A stretch of DNA of 63,467 bases, filler included, from Hyphochytrium catenoides (lineage: Eukaryota > Protista > Hyphochytriomycota): the NCBI GenBank assembly GCA_900088475.1. It is 9 parts of 9 records of this genome, joined end to end, with 100 filler letters (N's around TTAATTAATTAA, not from the genome) between each part and the next. Parts side by side here need not be neighbours in the genome. Positions count along the whole stretch, not along the records: positions 54,135 to 63,467 come from FLMG01001437.1; 8 more parts are not named here. One strand, written 5' to 3'. This document shows, piece by piece, positions 59,797-63,467 of the stretch. Below the pieces are notes generated by a model. The model had not been told where the DNA came from. It saw nothing but the letters and a program-made list of their open reading frames with translations, and did not search any database. Each line of letters begins with the position of its first letter. Position 1 is the first letter of the stretch. The translations under genes and the position numbers were made by a program.

Positions 59797-61330
59797 GATA
59801 GGGATATTTATGGAGAATGGATGGTAAGGCCTTTATTCTCTTCGTCAGAACTGTCTTCTCGTCCTATAAATCGGGTGAGCGGCTCAGATGCCGTCCGTCT
59901 GTCCGTCCTTGCCGCTGAAACGAGAAAGTGGAGATGAATGTTGGATGCTCCCGCCACGGAAGATAGACAGCGCTGCTTCTTTGCAGAGCAATGATGATGA
60001 AGCTTAGGCTGTGCCGGACTCAGGCGGCCAATTGTTTACTCAGAAGCGGCAGTTCAAGACAGACAAATGTATGATCTAGTTCCTCGTCCTACTGCTGCGA
60101 CCTAACAGACAAGACTGTACATTTATTATATGGTTCTTTGCTACTACTTTCTCTTTTCCTTACAGGAGGAATGAGAGCTCAATGTGGTCGTCTAGTAGGC
60201 GGTTACTGGCTTGTCCCGAGGCAAGAGTGAAGCATCTTCTACTTTCACTGTCTCACACCTAGTGGCGTTTATACCATGGTGTCGCCTACCACTCCTGTCA
60301 TGATGATGAGGCAAACCAGCCTACCGCCTTCATCCCTCATCGTGTGCTACCTCTATATATAGCGTCTCTTGCCTCCTGGAAGAGGAGCTGTTCTGTCACC
60401 TGACACTGCCTTGTTGCAGCTGCTGCTGCTGTCAACAGCTACTACTCTGCAGCCAAAGAGGACGACTATGGCTCATCTGCAGCGTCGCTGCTCCTCCTGG
60501 CTCTACTGCCTGAGTAACGGCCAAGCTGACAACCTCTCTCAGCCCTTCAAAGGGTTAAGAAGAGGGCCCGATGCCCGTCTCTGTGTGGAGAGCTAACAAT
60601 GGTCAAGAGAGACGAAGCGTGGCCACGCACGAAGACGAATCTTCATACAGATCGTTACCTGTAGTGCACTTCTGTCCCCCATACATATAACACCTACAGA
60701 CCTGCCCAAAGGCGGTTACACCATATCAGTTATCATGAACCCCCACACTTCCCCTCGTAGAAGTAGCCCCCCTGGCAAATGCAAATATGCGGCAATAATA
60801 AGCAGGCCACTTTTGGAGGGACATAGATATATGGAGCAATATACACAGGTATGGATATAAGGAGCCGTACTTTGTGGCAGTACCTGTCATTTAACAGAAA
60901 ATACTAGGCTTATAATATAGGATGGGGAAAAAATGCCGTACATGTAATCCAGCAGCTATGATAATACGAATATATGCTGTCGCACTGGCAAATAACAACA
61001 CAAGTTTTAGTTCAAGAACCCTATTATTCTATAGGCATCACCGTGACCTTCCATTCTTAACATACAAAAGACCCAAGTGTTGGGCGTCGAACAACCCCCA
61101 AGGAAGCATAATGCGAATTAAAACGGAGCCAAAACATTTTGCATACAATTTGTAGCCATGGATGTCGTCTTTTCTTGACAACCAACATCACCACTCAGAA
61201 ACCCTAACATTTGTACTGAATGGGCCCTGTAGCAGCGCTCGCTTTCTTAAGAGGCCCGGAAGCCCGTCATTTACTAGGAAACTGGCGCCGCCTTGGCTGC
61301 TGGCGGCGGCGATGGACAACCTTTGAAGGC

Positions 61331-61700
61331 CGTGCAAGGCTTCTCTTGTGGATGTTGGCGAGGCAATCTGAGGAGACAAAGGCAAGACATGGGGACCGAG
61401 ATGAGAATCTAGCTAGGCAGGCAGGGCGACGGATGATTTGGAGGCGTGGAGGCTTCTTTTGCGGATGGTGCCGAGGCAACCTGAGGAGACAAAGGCAAGA
61501 CATAAGGACGAGATGAGAAAATAGCTAGGCAGGCAGGGCGACGGATGATTTGGAGGCGTGGAGGCTTCCTTTGCGGATGGTGGCGAGGCAATCTAAGGAG
61601 ACAAAGGCAAGACATGGGGACGAGATGAGAATCTAGTTAGGCAGGCAGGGCGACGGATGATTTGGAGGCGTGCAAGGCTTCTCTTGCGGATGTTGGCGGG
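61331..61700. repeat. 112-113-bp tandem repeat, ~3.3 copies
   Basis: Anchor GGAGACAAAGGCAAGACAT at 61372, 61485 and 61597. The array opens and closes with CGTGCAAGGCTTCTCTTG(T/C)GGATGTTGGCG. Confidence 0.93.
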
Positions 61701-62530
61701 GACCTCACTCTTGAGCTTGAGGTAGCAGGGGCCAGGTAACTCTCATTGTGGGCTTTTGATTCACCACCTAGGTATCATAGAAATAATAGCAATGTCGGGG
61801 GAGACCGCCCGGGTATTATGGCGGGCATTGCACTACCGAGGAAATGAAGGTGGTCGAGACCATCATCCAGCGTGCTCTTGTCTCTCTTGGCAGCGCCGCC
61901 AGCGAAGGGTTAAACGACTTGTTTGAAGGTGAAGGAAGTTTGTTGGCTGGGAGAGTTCTTGCCATCGCTGCTTTGAGAGGGATTCTTATATAACCCGCGT
62001 CGGCTGGCAGCAAGGATATTTTTGGGGATTGTACTGATAAAGAATTGCACTCTGGATACATCATTGGAAGCAATGGCATCTAGGTAACACTCTTCAATCA
62101 TGTTGCAGTCAAAATCTACATTCCCGTTGTTGGCGGCCCCGATGATGCGGACTATCTCTAGATGAGGATTTGATGATGGGCGGTACCAGCTGCTAATCCA
62201 GCTGACGGAGCAACAGTTCTTACAAAAGAGATTCGTAACAAGCCGATCGAGATCCGAAAGCGGAGTCTCCATGCTTTCTGAGAGAAGTCGGAGCACCGAA
62301 AGGGAACTTGGGCTATGGTGCGCGCCCCACAGTCATTTCAGATTCGAGATTGAGACACACAATGGTCCGTGGAGCCTGTCTGCAGAATAAAATACATAGA
62401 TCTACTGAAGATGGTTCAAAGTTCTCTTTAATACTTTTTAGCCCTGCAAGGACTTAGTTGTTACCCTATGAGGCTACCTTCTTCTCTGCTGACAGTTCAT
62501 TGAAGAGAGTTCATCAGGGCTTAAGCATCA

Positions 62531-63109
62531 TCATGATGTTAAGAAACGGTCACCATGCACGACGGCAGCAGATAGACCACCAATGATGACACTGAACGCC
62601 GCAGCACTTAGTCCAGCAAAGCAAGGAGGAAGAGACGTTGCGGCACTCGCCTTGCTGCTGGCAGAAGGGCCTCCTTGTTGTGCAAACGGAGTCGTCGGGG
62701 AGTCGTCGGAGGGGTAATGGTGGCATCCGAATATGCAATCGATGGGGTTCTCCTGCCTCAGGGCGACACACTTGGCTTGATTGGGAGAGAATAATTGTCC
62801 CAGGCCTTTGGCGCAGAGTATCTTGCCATCGCAGATGAGATACGGATACTTGTTGGGATCGATGGCTCCAGTACCTGGGCACTGGAAGCAAGCTTTAGTA
62901 AGGCCATCGACAGAAGAATTTACTGAGAATTCTCCTGAAGGCCCGATAGAGGAAGTGCAGTTTGGACTGAGCTCCACATCCCCGTTACAGTCGTCAATGT
63001 CCACACATCCAAGTACAGTCGGTGGTGGCAGTGAAGCGCTTGCAGAGACGACTGCTGCTACCATGCTAACAAGACCGGCAATGATCCCGCTTCGCAGCCT
63101 CCTCTTCAT
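62531..63109 (-). CDS. Small secreted Cys-rich protein with hydrophobic C-terminus (candidate GPI-anchored surface protein), 192 aa
   Basis: Basic-then-hydrophobic N-terminus, 10 Cys in about 95 residues, a Ser/Ala/Pro linker and a terminal hydrophobic stretch (FAGLSAAAFSVIIGGLSAAVV). No family recognised. Confidence 0.65.
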   Translation of the reverse strand: MKRRLRSGIIAGLVSMVAAVVSASASLPPPTVLGCVDIDDCNGDVELSPNCTSSIGPSGEFSVNSSVDGLTKACFQCPGTGAIDPNKYPYLICDGKILCAKGLGQLFSPNQAKCVALRQENPIDCIFGCHHYPSDDSPTTPFAQQGGPSASSKASAATSLPPCFAGLSAAAFSVIIGGLSAAVVHGDRFLTS

Positions 63110-63467
63110 TGTTGTTCGTGCGCTAATAACTGCGCAACTTGCGATGACGATTGACTCCTTCGTTCTGCTGCTTCTGCTCCGCCGCCATCAGTCCCGCACT
63201 CTCGTAAGCAAGCAGAGAGTTCGCTAAAGACTGAATGTCCTTTCCTTACTACTGCGCGAATTGTTAGGCAGCCTCAGCCAGGAGGGTGGTGACGACGGAC
63301 GCGATGTAAAGTTTCAAAGTGGGCGATGATGCTGTTGATGATCTTTTGGCCATTCTTCTGTGCCTCCAAGCCACACCCACCTCTTCCTGCTCTGGTTCTC
63401 TAAATAGCTGTTCTGTCGGACTAAGCTATAACTGGGGCTAACTTAGTCCAACAGGTTCTAACGTGTT

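Noticed and set aside
61816-62296. 128-aa and 87-aa minus-strand ORFs
   Set aside because: No ATG-to-stop model with recognisable motifs or supported splice sites; left unannotated.

Overview
Eukaryotic nuclear DNA from a protist; the eRF1, permease and transposase sequences suggest a stramenopile (inference). It is very rich in (GA)n/(CT)n microsatellites, so most short ORFs in the six-frame track are repeat noise. The window is not contiguous: eight 100-nt N44-TTAATTAATTAA-N44 spacers join nine pieces, so adjacency across spacers means nothing. Manual splicing (GT-AG, frame-consistent) recovers seven intron-containing genes: a membrane-anchored purple acid phosphatase, a secreted 3-repeat Pro/Ser/Thr protein, a GCR1/cAR-like GPCR fragment, eRF1, EI24, fibrillarin and a ~1644-aa type I membrane protein. 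That protein has a signal peptide, an SRCR domain, four tandem Phi-1/EXORDIUM domains and a TM helix, and is the most unusual protein here. Intronless genes are an SLC10/BASS transporter, a class I cyclic-nucleotide phosphodiesterase, sterol delta-7 reductase, a frameshifted APC permease and a Cys-rich GPI-like protein. Mobile DNA comprises a 4.4-kb Sola-type (DDD) transposon with ~32-bp terminal inverted repeats and a Ty3/gypsy integrase relic. Splicing features worth testing: introns with complementary 5'-(GA)n / 3'-(CT)n ends, a back-to-back AG|GT site (possible zero-length exon) and frequent AAG acceptors.
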